A program made the position numbers and the translations under genes. This document shows positions 54,828 through 64,000 of a stretch of DNA of 64,000 bases, in pieces. Within the stretch, counting starts at the first letter, position 1. Every line of letters begins with the position of its first letter. The notes under the pieces were generated by a model, which was given only the letters and a program-made list of their open reading frames with translations, was not told the origin of the DNA and searched no databases. Origin of the DNA: Candidatus Nomurabacteria bacterium (GTDB lineage Bacteria; Patescibacteriota; WWE3; UBA101185; UBA10185); contig JACKGU010000002.1 of assembly GCA_020631855.1 (NCBI GenBank), positions 89,188 through 153,187 on the forward strand. The letters are read 5' to 3'.

Positions 54828-57800
54828 TCAAGAATCTATTGATACTTCACCTTTCTTTTTCATGGAACCTTTCTTAGGCAAACTAAACCAAAAAGTAGTT
54901 CCTTCACCTTCAGTACTGGAAAACCACACTTTTCCTCCGGAAGACTCTACAATTGCTTTAACTAAGTATAAGCCCAATCCATTGCCTTCTGTTTCAACCT
55001 TTATGACATTGTCTGCCCTAAAGAACTTCTGGAAAATTCTATCTTGCTGTTCTTTAGGTATGCCTATGCCGTCGTCGCTAATCGCAGATATTACCTCGGT
55101 ATCGTTATGTGAGACAAAAATCTGTATCTCGCCGTTTTTTGAGGTGTATTTTACGGCGTTTGAAATCAAATTAAGATAAACATTTCTTATTAGTTTTGGA
55201 TCTATTGAAATTTTTTCCATGTTGTCGCCGATGCTTACAATTGTAGATATTTCTTTCTCTTTTATCTGAGGAGTTAGCTCCATAAGTACTCCGTCAATTA
55301 AGTCTTTCAACTCAGTGGGTTCGGGGTCAATTATTATTCTTCCCGATTCTATTCTTGATACATTTAATAACGAGTTTACTAAGGATATCATTCTCTCGTT
55401 TGAGGTATTTACGTCCAGTAAAGTTTTTTGCTGTTCCTCATTCAATGTACCAAGATCGCCGTCTATAAGCATCTCCAAAAACCACTTAATTGCAGAAAGG
55501 GGAGTTCTAAGTTGATGAGATGCTAATGAAATAAATTCGGTTTTCATCTTGTCAACCTCTGCCTCTTTGGTAATGTCCCTTTCGACCCCAAGGAAGAATA
55601 TTGTTTCTCCCTTATCGTTTAGTATCGGTACTATAGTGACGGAGGCTGTGTACTCTTCGCCAGACTTTTTCCTATTTTTTATTTGTCCTTTGAATAGCAC
55701 TTTTTCTTTTTTTATTTTAGTCCACATAACTTCGTAGAATTCAGGCTCCATTATTCCTCCCCACAGTTCGCGCGAGCCTGCTTTTTTTCCAACACTTTCT
55801 TCTACCGAAAAGCCTGTTATTTTTTCCAGTATTGGATTTGCATACAATATATAACCCTCCGGGTCCGTAATGACTATTTGGTCTGAAGAGTTTTCGACCG
55901 CAAGTTTGAACTTTATAAGTTCTGTCGAATGCTGTTCGGCCTTTTGTTTCTCCTCTTGAACGTCTTCAAGTACATTCATTAGTGCTTTTTGTTGTTCTTT
56001 GAGCTTATCCTCATTGTTTTTTATTTGACGAACTTGGTTATCTACTGTTTTTTGTATTTCATTATTCGTAAGATTTATTTTTCTTGCCCATTCGTTAAGT
56101 AATATTGAAATTTCTCCTATTTCGTCGTGGGAATTTATTGTGAGATATTCTATTTCTTTTGTTTTATTTATTCTTTCTACTGTTTTTCTGATTTCAATTA
56201 AATTTTTAACAACAAAACCAGAAGCAATTTCAGCAAAAACAAGAGAAAGTATCGAGTACAGTGCTCCTAAAGATAGCAGAGAGATTTGGAGGTTATTAAT
56301 GTCCTGCAATATTACGCTGTAATCAAGTGCTGTATATACAAAAAAAGTATTGTTATATAGCGTGAGTTTATTAGCATAAACCAGTCCTTGCTGTCCTTTA
56401 CTATAATATGTTTGTTCTGATCTCATTCCTTCTATATCTTGACTGCTAAGCTCCAGCGAGAAATTATAGCCGGTATCGAAGTCTGCAGGACTTCCCCACT
56501 CAAGCTCACTATTAGGGTGCGCAATAAAATAACCGGATTCGTCCGTAAACCTCACGTCATTGTTGTGGTTAAGGCTCTCTAGCAACTTATTAGCATGGAC
56601 ATTTAGAATCACAATGCCTAGCTTTTCACCATCGGGGCTATAAAAAGGGGTTGCAAATCGCACTGTAGGATTAATTGGAATTTCTATTTGTGGAGGACTG
56701 CCTTCCCTGTTTAAATCAATTTTCGACATATATACCTCTTTTTGATTCAAAACGATGCTGTCAGTGAAGTAATACCTATCTACTTTATTCTGAAGCTTGT
56801 CCTCATCTATGATTCGAGTACTTTTTTCGTCCGAGTCCACCCGCACAATTTCTTGGTCATTAATGTCTATGAGCCTCACTTGCATATAGTCCGAGTTTGA
56901 TTCTGCAAGAGAGAAAAATTCGTTTTGAATTTGATCAATCTCTAGTCTTCGCACTGTGCCGAGATTAGAAAGAAATAAAGCATCCGATGCGTACTCGTCT
57001 AAAAAAGTATTGATGTCTTTTGAAGCGTTTTCGACTTGTATTGAAATGTTTTTTGCCTGAGTTCTCTCGCTTAGATTTTTAAGTAAAGTGGAGGTTGGTA
57101 TAGCGGTCAAGATCACAGCGCCGAGCGAGATTAGCGCGAAAACAAAAATAAACTTTGTTTTAATAGAAATATACTGCTTTGATAGAATGATTGAGCTTTT
57201 TTCACTGACGGCTTTGTAGAAGAAAAAAACAACGAATATTATACTTATTTGTCCAATTCTTACTGTAGGTAGATTAAATATTGGAAAAATAACTCCAAAA
57301 AGAATCTGCGGTAAGATAACCGAAATTACTCCAAACATAAGAAAACGAATCGAGGCTCTTTTAACTGAATTTATCTTTAAGGCATTGACTATAAAGCCTA
57401 AGGAGAGAAGAAGCAGGGCGACCAGCAAGATGTTATGCCCAATCCCGGCCGAAATGCTTCCTTTTTCAAAAAGAGTCTGTCCGTTGCTTGTTTTGTATGT
57501 TGCTGATATCACATTTTGTGTAAATAGGACATTTATAGTTTCTATGAAGACAAGTAATGTTGAGATGTAGAGTATGCGTCTATTTTTAATCTGTAGAAAA
57601 TTGACTATAAAATATAGAGTTGAGAGTGCAGCTGTTATAGATAATGACAGTGTAATTTTCCATAATATCGCGCTTTGTTCTTGCTGCAGGCTTAGGTTTA
57701 CTGCCATAAATTCGCTTGTTTGCCAGGAAAAAACGAAGAATATGAGATACACCAAATGTTTGTAATTTTTAATGTTTTTTTCCGCAACATTCTCCTTATT

Positions 57801-57878
57801 TCTCAGCAAATATATCGCGAAGGCTAGCGTGGTGTATATGCAAAGTATTGAAATATAAGGAGGCAGTAAAATATTCAT
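54828..57878 (-). CDS. Sensor histidine kinase (N-terminal 7TM, periplasmic Cache-like domain, coiled coil, PAS, HisKA, HATPase_c)
   Basis: 1016 aa. H-box SHQLRTPLSAI, G-boxes GNGLGLYLVKAIVESSGGKV. Confidence 0.9.
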   Translation of the reverse strand: MNILLPPYISILCIYTTLAFAIYLLRNKENVAEKNIKNYKHLVYLIFFVFSWQTSEFMAVNLSLQQEQSAILWKITLSLSITAALSTLYFIVNFLQIKNRRILYISTLLVFIETINVLFTQNVISATYKTSNGQTLFEKGSISAGIGHNILLVALLLLSLGFIVNALKINSVKRASIRFLMFGVISVILPQILFGVIFPIFNLPTVRIGQISIIFVVFFFYKAVSEKSSIILSKQYISIKTKFIFVFALISLGAVILTAIPTSTLLKNLSERTQAKNISIQVENASKDINTFLDEYASDALFLSNLGTVRRLEIDQIQNEFFSLAESNSDYMQVRLIDINDQEIVRVDSDEKSTRIIDEDKLQNKVDRYYFTDSIVLNQKEVYMSKIDLNREGSPPQIEIPINPTVRFATPFYSPDGEKLGIVILNVHANKLLESLNHNNDVRFTDESGYFIAHPNSELEWGSPADFDTGYNFSLELSSQDIEGMRSEQTYYSKGQQGLVYANKLTLYNNTFFVYTALDYSVILQDINNLQISLLSLGALYSILSLVFAEIASGFVVKNLIEIRKTVERINKTKEIEYLTINSHDEIGEISILLNEWARKINLTNNEIQKTVDNQVRQIKNNEDKLKEQQKALMNVLEDVQEEKQKAEQHSTELIKFKLAVENSSDQIVITDPEGYILYANPILEKITGFSVEESVGKKAGSRELWGGIMEPEFYEVMWTKIKKEKVLFKGQIKNRKKSGEEYTASVTIVPILNDKGETIFFLGVERDITKEAEVDKMKTEFISLASHQLRTPLSAIKWFLEMLIDGDLGTLNEEQQKTLLDVNTSNERMISLVNSLLNVSRIESGRIIIDPEPTELKDLIDGVLMELTPQIKEKEISTIVSIGDNMEKISIDPKLIRNVYLNLISNAVKYTSKNGEIQIFVSHNDTEVISAISDDGIGIPKEQQDRIFQKFFRADNVIKVETEGNGLGLYLVKAIVESSGGKVWFSSTEGEGTTFWFSLPKKGSMKKKGEVSIDS

Positions 57879-58834
57879 GCTTTCCTTTCTTCAATTTCTT
57901 TAAGTTGTTTTTTTAGTTCCATCATCTTTAATTCTCTGGAAATAAGTTTCGAGTTAATCTTTTCAAGCATCTGTGTTCTTTCCTGTATAGTGTTTTCTAG
58001 AATATCTCTCTTTTCATCCAGTGTTTTAGATAGGGCAGTCATACTTTTTGCTATGCTGTAAAGCTCGTCATTTGAAGCCTCCAGTTCTATATTACACTCT
58101 TTTCCTTCTGCCATGTCTTTTGCTGCATTTGTGATTTTTTTAATCGGCGCCGATATGGAGTCAGAAAATACAACCGCTATATAAAATGTGGACATCATGA
58201 TCATAGTCGCCATAAAAATGTTTGTAATTAAAAAATCACTAATAAGTTTATTTGATGTCTCAATCTTCTCCTTTAAGGAGTTTTTGGTAGATTCTGTTAT
58301 TGTTTTGTAATCCTTCGATTTACTTGCTTGTAATGTATTCAAAGCCTCTGAGTATTCGTTCTTATAGAAAAAGTATTCCTCGCTATCGATGGTTTGCTGT
58401 GCCATGTAGTAATTTCCTTCATCTGCGTAGGCTATTGCTTTAAGCTCCAGTTCAACAAGCTTAGCATTTGAGGCCGAAATTTTGTTTATAAAATCATTTA
58501 CGCTGGCATCTTGTAAATTTTGGGCCTCCTCAAAAATTCTTTCGAGGGATGCAGCATGTTCTTGGTAATTATCCTTCCACGTCGTATTCTGTGTAAATAT
58601 ATAATTGCGCGCCGATTGAGTTAGAACCTCGTCGTGATATTTAATCTCCTCTATAACAAAGTCAAGCTTTCCGGCGCGCTCTAGTTGATTTATAATGTTT
58701 TCAGATTCAGCCTGAGTTGCTGTGTTTATTACTTTCCACTGATTTTGAATTAAAAAAGATACGAGCATTACAGGAAACATAACTGCAAGCGCCGCCGCAG
58801 CCACCTTTTGTTTTATGTTTAAATACCTAAACAT
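57875..58834 (-). CDS. Membrane signalling protein with a periplasmic sensor domain and HAMP-like linker
   Basis: Two TMs flanking a ~170-aa domain, then an amphipathic HAMP-like segment and a coiled coil. Its stop overlaps the kinase start. Confidence 0.45.
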   Translation of the reverse strand: MFRYLNIKQKVAAAALAVMFPVMLVSFLIQNQWKVINTATQAESENIINQLERAGKLDFVIEEIKYHDEVLTQSARNYIFTQNTTWKDNYQEHAASLERIFEEAQNLQDASVNDFINKISASNAKLVELELKAIAYADEGNYYMAQQTIDSEEYFFYKNEYSEALNTLQASKSKDYKTITESTKNSLKEKIETSNKLISDFLITNIFMATMIMMSTFYIAVVFSDSISAPIKKITNAAKDMAEGKECNIELEASNDELYSIAKSMTALSKTLDEKRDILENTIQERTQMLEKINSKLISRELKMMELKKQLKEIEERKA

Positions 58835-58861
58835 GATAAAAGTTATCCTTGTAAATAAACA

Positions 58862-59560
58862 TTAATGATCGCCTATTCTTCCCGAGGCAAGCATTGCTGC
58901 TCCGGAAACAATTAAAGAAACACCGGTATATATTGACATTGGGGAGCTGACACCTTGAATATCGAAATACAGCACCGGTACACCTATTATGTAACCTGTT
59001 ACTGCCGTTAGCCCTATTAGGCAAAGTATGTTACCAACTATTAACATGCTAAATTTATAGTTCGATTTTCCGCTTATAGCTTGTATAGCTATTGCACAAA
59101 TCAGTGAAAAAGAAAAAGCAGTTCCAATAGACTGTTTTTGAACAAGAATGTCCGAGAACGACGTGTTACTGCTGTTTTTTGTGAATATAAATTCTGCGCC
59201 GGTATTAATTTGAGTCACAAAACCAAAGATTATAATTGCCAGTATGTGGATGAATAGCATCGTAACGGCGATATGTATAAGTGTTAAAAGAGGCGGGCGA
59301 GCGTTGTTATCATAAGAAAGAGACAATATTATAATGCTCACGCACACAAAAGATATCGCTGCAATTAGTTTAGTAGGAGACTCGCTGGTAAAAGGGTCTA
59401 TGAGCCATTTGATGTCTAAAATCCATCCCAAAACAAAGATAGAGTTGATAATACCAAGCGATGCGGAAAGCGCTAAGGAAAAACCCAGAGGCGTTTTTTT
59501 CTTATATAATAGAGAAGTTACGTATTCGTGGTGGGGCATTATTAAAATTATAGACAACAA
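58862..59560 (-). CDS. Hypothetical polytopic membrane protein
   Basis: 232 aa, 6-7 TMs. First gene of the minus-strand pilus/two-component operon. Confidence 0.4.
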   Translation of the reverse strand: MLSIILIMPHHEYVTSLLYKKKTPLGFSLALSASLGIINSIFVLGWILDIKWLIDPFTSESPTKLIAAISFVCVSIIILSLSYDNNARPPLLTLIHIAVTMLFIHILAIIIFGFVTQINTGAEFIFTKNSSNTSFSDILVQKQSIGTAFSFSLICAIAIQAISGKSNYKFSMLIVGNILCLIGLTAVTGYIIGVPVLYFDIQGVSSPMSIYTGVSLIVSGAAMLASGRIGDH

Positions 59561-59589
59561 GTGTTACAAAATAAAGCAATTGGGAAACG

Positions 59590-59612
59590 AAAAAACCACC
59601 TTGCGGTGGTTT
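59590..59612 (-). terminator. Rho-independent terminator of the dockerin-protein gene
   Basis: Minus strand: AAACCACC-GCAA-GGTGGTTT followed by a T-run. Confidence 0.6.
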
Positions 59613-59764
59613 CTTCGGCGCCCCTGCGAGAGGAACTCTCACTGGGACAATGTTTAATATACAACACTTATACTACTCTGTCAACATTTTTGTAGTCTAT
59701 TTTTTTAAGTTGCCGAACCTTCTGTTTAGGTCCTCATGAAAGGCTTTTCTCTCTATTACCTACT

Positions 59765-61078
59765 TTACTTCTTTTCTTTAGTCGTGTTTTTTGAAGCTTT
59801 TTTTGATTTTTTTACAACCGTTTCTTCAATTTTTGTGGCCATCTCTTTTGTCCCATTCTGTACTTCCGGGGCGTTACCAGTATTCTGATTCGAGAGGATA
59901 AGTAGGTGCTTTTTGTTTATTCTATGAAGAACCAGAATTAGCATTGTTGCTAGAGCAAGCAGCAGAAGTTTTAATACGCCCATTTGAGCATTAGTGCTCT
60001 CATTTAATTCCGAAAGCTGTCTTTGAGCTTCTGCTATTTTTGTATTTATCGCGCTGTCATTATTAACAACTTCAATCTTTGCGATTTCGGTTTCCTCAGA
60101 CATGCTGTCGTCCCAATTAAAGTATGCTACGGTAATCCTGTGTTCCCCCGCCGGAAGTGTGTCAGGGGCCAATTCATATTCCCAGTTTCCGTTTTCGTCA
60201 CTGGTTAGCTCGTTTCGTATTGGATCGCTGTATATTGTCAACATAAAACGAGTGTTTGGAACAATTGTTTTACCAAAGAGTTTTATTGTTTTTGCTTTAT
60301 CTTGAGGGTTTACAATTAAGCTTTCATCTAAGGTTACTGTTTGTGCAACACTAGGGCTTGCTTGAGTGTTTAAGTTTTGACTCCCCTCGTTGTTGGTAGA
60401 AGCCTCATTTTTATCGGAATCTTTTTCATCTTTGTTATCTTTGTTGTCATTATCCTTGTCTTTATCTTTATCTTTTGATGTTGGGCTAGAGGTATTAGTA
60501 GTTGTTTGCGTGTCTTCCGGGGCAGTACTTGATGAAGAGTCCTCGTCGCAATCCGGCATTACCGGAAAGCAGCTTATTAATCCTACTTCTTCCTGAAGAA
60601 TAAGGTTTGCATCTTCCGTATTCACCGAGTCTGATGCGTTGACATCTGAAATGTACAGCTGTAAAAGATTTAGAGAAATCATATTCTGCGCATATTGCTC
60701 AATTTTTAATGCGTCAACAGAATTTACATCTCCGTTACCGTCGGTGTCACCAAATAAAACGTTGTTGTAGGCAAAATCATCTTCTTCGTATGGCAATGTG
60801 GTTATTATTCCAATGTCGCGCTGCATTATCATGTCGGCATCATTTGTTGAAAGCTCACCATTACCGTCAACATCTCCGGCCCATTTTTGAGCCAGTGAGA
60901 TATTTTTTATTCCGTCCAAATACTGCCTAATTAAGAGAGCGTCTAGAACATTAGTTGTTCCGTCTTTGTTTACGTCTCCGTTTCCCGGTTCAACCTCTCT
61001 CGCATAAGTTGAACTAGTTAGTATCGTGGAAGACAGTACGAGCGAGGCGGCTATGAGAAGATATTTTTTAGTATTCAT
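59765..61078 (-). CDS. Surface protein with dockerin-type repeats, Asp/Lys-rich linker, Ig-like domain and C-terminal TM anchor
   Basis: Signal peptide, then four GDVNKDGTTNVLDAL / GDVDGNGELSTNDAD / GDTDGNGDVNSVDAL-type EF-hand-like dockerin repeats, then KDKDKDKDNDNKDNKDEKD, then a C-terminal hydrophobic anchor. Confidence 0.65.
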   Translation of the reverse strand: MNTKKYLLIAASLVLSSTILTSSTYAREVEPGNGDVNKDGTTNVLDALLIRQYLDGIKNISLAQKWAGDVDGNGELSTNDADMIMQRDIGIITTLPYEEDDFAYNNVLFGDTDGNGDVNSVDALKIEQYAQNMISLNLLQLYISDVNASDSVNTEDANLILQEEVGLISCFPVMPDCDEDSSSSTAPEDTQTTTNTSSPTSKDKDKDKDNDNKDNKDEKDSDKNEASTNNEGSQNLNTQASPSVAQTVTLDESLIVNPQDKAKTIKLFGKTIVPNTRFMLTIYSDPIRNELTSDENGNWEYELAPDTLPAGEHRITVAYFNWDDSMSEETEIAKIEVVNNDSAINTKIAEAQRQLSELNESTNAQMGVLKLLLLALATMLILVLHRINKKHLLILSNQNTGNAPEVQNGTKEMATKIEETVVKKSKKASKNTTKEKK

Positions 61079-61257
61079 GTGTAGATTATAGCAAAAGTGT
61101 CAACCCAAAGCCTTGTTGCAGTATTACTGGTTCCGATTCAGCATATCGCGCCATTTCACCTATTCTGTTACAGAGTTTCTGTTTCTTTGATCTACTAAAA
61201 CAATCTGTGCTAAATTAACCACCACCACCTTTTACAGGCGGCTTGCTATACTTTCTT

Positions 61258-61305
61258 TACGTGCAAAGCGCAAAATGCTAAGTAAACTACACCTGCTAGC
61301 CCATG
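61258..61305 (+). repeat. Possible partial, degenerate copy of the 3' half of the 120-nt repeat
   Basis: GTGCAAAGCGCAAAATGCTAAGTAAACTACACCTGCTAGCCC, versus TGCAGCGCAAAGAAATTACAGTAAGCCACCTGCGTAAGCTGG. Confidence 0.3.
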
Positions 61306-61314
61306 TAATACGAC

Positions 61315-61941
61315 TTATTCTAGATTGTGTGCGGGCGTTACTTTTTGCTTTATATGTAAATCGTAAATGTCGCTAAGTCCGAATATTACTGAAATTAAAT
61401 ATAGTATTGGAATGCCCCCGATGTAGTTTATAATCTGCGGATTACTTTCAAAAAAGAGGTTCATTTCATGTGTATATTGTTGTAGAGCGACAAAAAGTAT
61501 GGTAAGTATAAAGAGCATTATATGTTTAAACCTGTAATATAACTTTGAAGATCCTATCACGGATAAAATAATAATACCTATGAAAGCTGCTGCCGACTGA
61601 ATAAATAAACTTTTTGGCAGTAAATTTATTATTTTTGCGTCAATGCCTAAAACATATAAAAAATACGCCAGGCACAGATATGAAAATAATAGAATTGCAA
61701 ACTCTCCGATATATTTTCTTTGAATTGTTCTGCTTGCATATTTTTTTCTAATTAATTTGCCGGAAAAATAAATTAACAACGGAGAAAGTAAATAATATAC
61801 TTTTGCTTCAGAAAGAGAATAATATATAAAGTACATGGCCCCTATAAAAAGAAAGGAAGTTAAAGCAAAGTTGTAGGCTCCGCCTAATAGGTTTCCATTT
61901 TCGTATTTTTTGCGCTCTTCTCTTTTAGTGAGATCTTTCAT
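61315..61941 (-). CDS. Hypothetical polytopic membrane protein
   Basis: 208 aa, 5-6 TMs. Confidence 0.4.
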   Translation of the reverse strand: MKDLTKREERKKYENGNLLGGAYNFALTSFLFIGAMYFIYYSLSEAKVYYLLSPLLIYFSGKLIRKKYASRTIQRKYIGEFAILLFSYLCLAYFLYVLGIDAKIINLLPKSLFIQSAAAFIGIIILSVIGSSKLYYRFKHIMLFILTILFVALQQYTHEMNLFFESNPQIINYIGGIPILYLISVIFGLSDIYDLHIKQKVTPAHNLE

Positions 61942-62305
61942 AAAGATCGGCCTCTTCTTTATTTTTATGTATGGTTCCTTCAGGATGATTTGGCGGAGAG
62001 TAGAGTGTGTACATTTTCAATACTTCCGTCTCGGATGCATTGATAACATTATGCTCTGTTCCTGCAGTTATTATTATGGCGTAGTCATCTTCTGCGAAGA
62101 ATTCTTGCCCATCCATAATAATTTTAGCTTGGCCTTGTTCAATTCTGAAAAACTGATCTGTATCCGGATGTATCTCTAGTCCAATTTCCTCACCTGGCAA
62201 AAGAGACATTATTACAAGCTGCGTGTGTTTTCCAGTGAAAAGGACCTTTCTAAAGTTTTTGTTCTCTAAGGTTAGTTTTTGGATATTGTCTAAATAATTA
62301 TTCAT
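61925..62305 (-). CDS. Cupin domain protein
   Basis: 126 aa. Cupin-2 motif G.EIGLEIHPDTDQFFRIEQGQAKI ... H. Confidence 0.7.
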   Translation of the reverse strand: MNNYLDNIQKLTLENKNFRKVLFTGKHTQLVIMSLLPGEEIGLEIHPDTDQFFRIEQGQAKIIMDGQEFFAEDDYAIIITAGTEHNVINASETEVLKMYTLYSPPNHPEGTIHKNKEEADLYERSH

Positions 62306-62355
62306 ACACTAAGTATAGCATCGTATAGGATTTTTTGTGAAAGTTCTCTTAGCAT

Positions 62356-62751
62356 TTATCTATTAAGATAGGTTATCGAAATCTGTAGAGCTGTTGCAAA
62401 TAAAACCCAAAGCAGATAAGGAATTTGTGCTAAAAAAACAATCTGAGAATGCTTGTAGATAGAAAACATCCCCCATATTAATGTTATCAGCACAAGAATA
62501 ATATCCACTAAAGCCAGATAATTATTTTTTAAACCAAACTGCAGCGGCGTAAAGGCTATATTAAATGCCAAGTTAAGCAAAAACGGAGCTACTTCGGCAA
62601 CAGTTAAAGATTTTTTAAAGAAAAGATAGAAAACATAACTATAACTTACGAATATAATAAGATATAGAAAGCCCCAGACTGGCCCAAAAACGTTGCTGGG
62701 TGGGGCGAAAAAAGGCTTTTTTAAAGTAGAGTACCACTCATAGGACGTCAC
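62356..62751 (-). CDS. tspO: TspO/MBR family tryptophan-rich sensory protein
   Basis: 131 aa, 4-5 TMs. WYSTLKKPFFAPPSNVFGPVWGFLY matches the TspO N-terminal signature. Confidence 0.65.
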   Translation of the reverse strand: MTSYEWYSTLKKPFFAPPSNVFGPVWGFLYLIIFVSYSYVFYLFFKKSLTVAEVAPFLLNLAFNIAFTPLQFGLKNNYLALVDIILVLITLIWGMFSIYKHSQIVFLAQIPYLLWVLFATALQISITYLNR

Positions 62752-62915
62752 GAATTAATTATATCAGTTTCTTTGGCGTAAGGTACGAGTAAAAATCTGC
62801 CAATTTGCATTTTGCTTTATTGAGTCGGTAAAGTTTTGTATACTACAGGTGCGCGTATAGTTTTCTTTCTGCAGCGGGAAGACCCCGTGCTTCAGTCGGA
62901 GTTCAAGGCGAAATT

Positions 62916-63536
62916 ATGAATCTAAAATATCCTGTTGATCACACAAAATACATTATTTTTCAAGAATTTGGCAATGACAATACAAATAACCAAACAAGAA
63001 AAGAATTCTACACCGTTTTTGATAATAAACATCCTGGCGTGGATTTCTTAACACCTGTAGGTGTGACAGTGCGGGCTTCATTTGAAGGTATTGTTGTAAG
63101 AAAAGAATTTCATAAGGGAATGGGGAATGTTATTGGAATAAGAAATGGCAATATTGTGGCTCTGTATGCTCATTTAAAGGATTTTTCAGTTGAACTTGGA
63201 GATATTGTTAAACAAAAACAAGATGTTGGGCATTCAGGAGAAACCGGATCGGCTTGTATACTTCCCCATTTACACTTTGAGCTAAGAGATATATCAAAAA
63301 ATTCCTTGAAGGAGATGGTTTTTAAGCCGGAATTTCTTTCGGAAGTCTCGTTATATAGTGAGCACTTTTATTATACTGTTAACAATACAAATACCCAAAA
63401 AACCTTAGCCAAGCTGTCAGTGCTTTACTTTGGGACTACGAAGTACTGGATGAATATTGCTCAGTTTAATAAGCTAAGTCAGTCTCAAGACGAAGACCTT
63501 CAGAATGGTAAAAAGCTTCTAATACCTAACTACTGA
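62916..63536 (+). CDS. M23 family (LytM-like) metallopeptidase
   Basis: HPGVDF ... D ... and GHSGETG...HLHFE M23 motifs. Confidence 0.85.
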   Translation: MNLKYPVDHTKYIIFQEFGNDNTNNQTRKEFYTVFDNKHPGVDFLTPVGVTVRASFEGIVVRKEFHKGMGNVIGIRNGNIVALYAHLKDFSVELGDIVKQKQDVGHSGETGSACILPHLHFELRDISKNSLKEMVFKPEFLSEVSLYSEHFYYTVNNTNTQKTLAKLSVLYFGTTKYWMNIAQFNKLSQSQDEDLQNGKKLLIPNY

Positions 63537-63632
63537 AATTTTTGTGAATCTTATTTGTATTTTCATAGGCCTTTGTTTTTAATGCCGGAAGACTTGCTAA
63601 GACGCGTTTTTATTTCAAGCTAAATGTTTAAA

Positions 63633-63977
63633 CTAACATTCTTGTGAATAATCAAAACATAGTTTTGCACATCGAGATAGTACCTCGGATGTTGCACGTT
63701 TGTCGTTTTGATCATCTGAATAGAAACAAAATATAAAAGGATTTTTTGAACGAATTAAACCAATTTCGTGCACCGCTTGCTCCAAAGACCCGTTTTTATA
63801 AGAAATATCTATATTGTTAGGTAAATAAAGAGGTATTCTAGTCCTATCAAGCTGTTCTTGCATAATCTTTAAAATTTGCTCAGAGCCGAATAACTCATTT
63901 TTATACATCTTTTCTAATAAAATCCCCATGTCGTTGGGGGTGGTCAAGTTTGGGCCTTTTCCTGCTTTTATCATCAT
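63633..63977 (-). CDS. Serine-hydrolase/beta-lactamase-like C-terminal region (gene may continue past the window end)
   Basis: 114 aa. YKNGS...HEIGLI resembles the KTG-box region. Lies within 23 nt of the window edge. Confidence 0.3.
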   Translation of the reverse strand: MMIKAGKGPNLTTPNDMGILLEKMYKNELFGSEQILKIMQEQLDRTRIPLYLPNNIDISYKNGSLEQAVHEIGLIRSKNPFIFCFYSDDQNDKRATSEVLSRCAKLCFDYSQEC

Positions 63978-64000
63978 CTTGTGCCTAACCGTTGTATTTT

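Overview
This window is an AT-rich (about 35% GC) bacterial chromosomal segment that is mostly coding on both strands. The left third carries housekeeping and cell-surface genes: Hsp20, tRNA-guanine transglycosylase, an M20 peptidase, a GT2 glycosyltransferase, a sortase with a giant LPXTG/Cna-B adhesin, an NHL-repeat protein, a DEAD-box helicase, exonuclease III and a Cas4-like nuclease. From about 21.8 kb to 39.3 kb there is a run of short gene modules separated by degenerate direct repeats that resemble the 3' end of tRNA-Gln. It ends in an integrated element (LexA-like S24 repressor plus a 570-aa unknown protein, a C5-methyltransferase with a putative restriction partner, unknown proteins and a large serine recombinase) whose integrase gene overlaps an intact tRNA-Gln(UUG). 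A tRNA-Val(UAC) follows. The right third is a type IV pilus locus on the minus strand: major and minor pilins, an LVIVD-repeat pilin-like protein, PilC, PilB, two CheY-like regulators, a 7TM-PAS histidine kinase and a HAMP protein. It is followed by a dockerin-repeat surface protein, TspO, a cupin and an M23 peptidase. Other observations are a roughly 120-nt structured repeat family (5 to 6 copies, all on the + strand), two A7 homopolymer junctions (one fuses the adhesin to a downstream secreted protein, one splits pilC), a C15 tract next to a promoter, an unannotated lysine-rich histone-H1-like small gene, and TATAAT-like hexamers 6 to 8 nt upstream of the ATG of at least 12 genes, suggesting leaderless transcripts. 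No rRNA or CRISPR array was seen.
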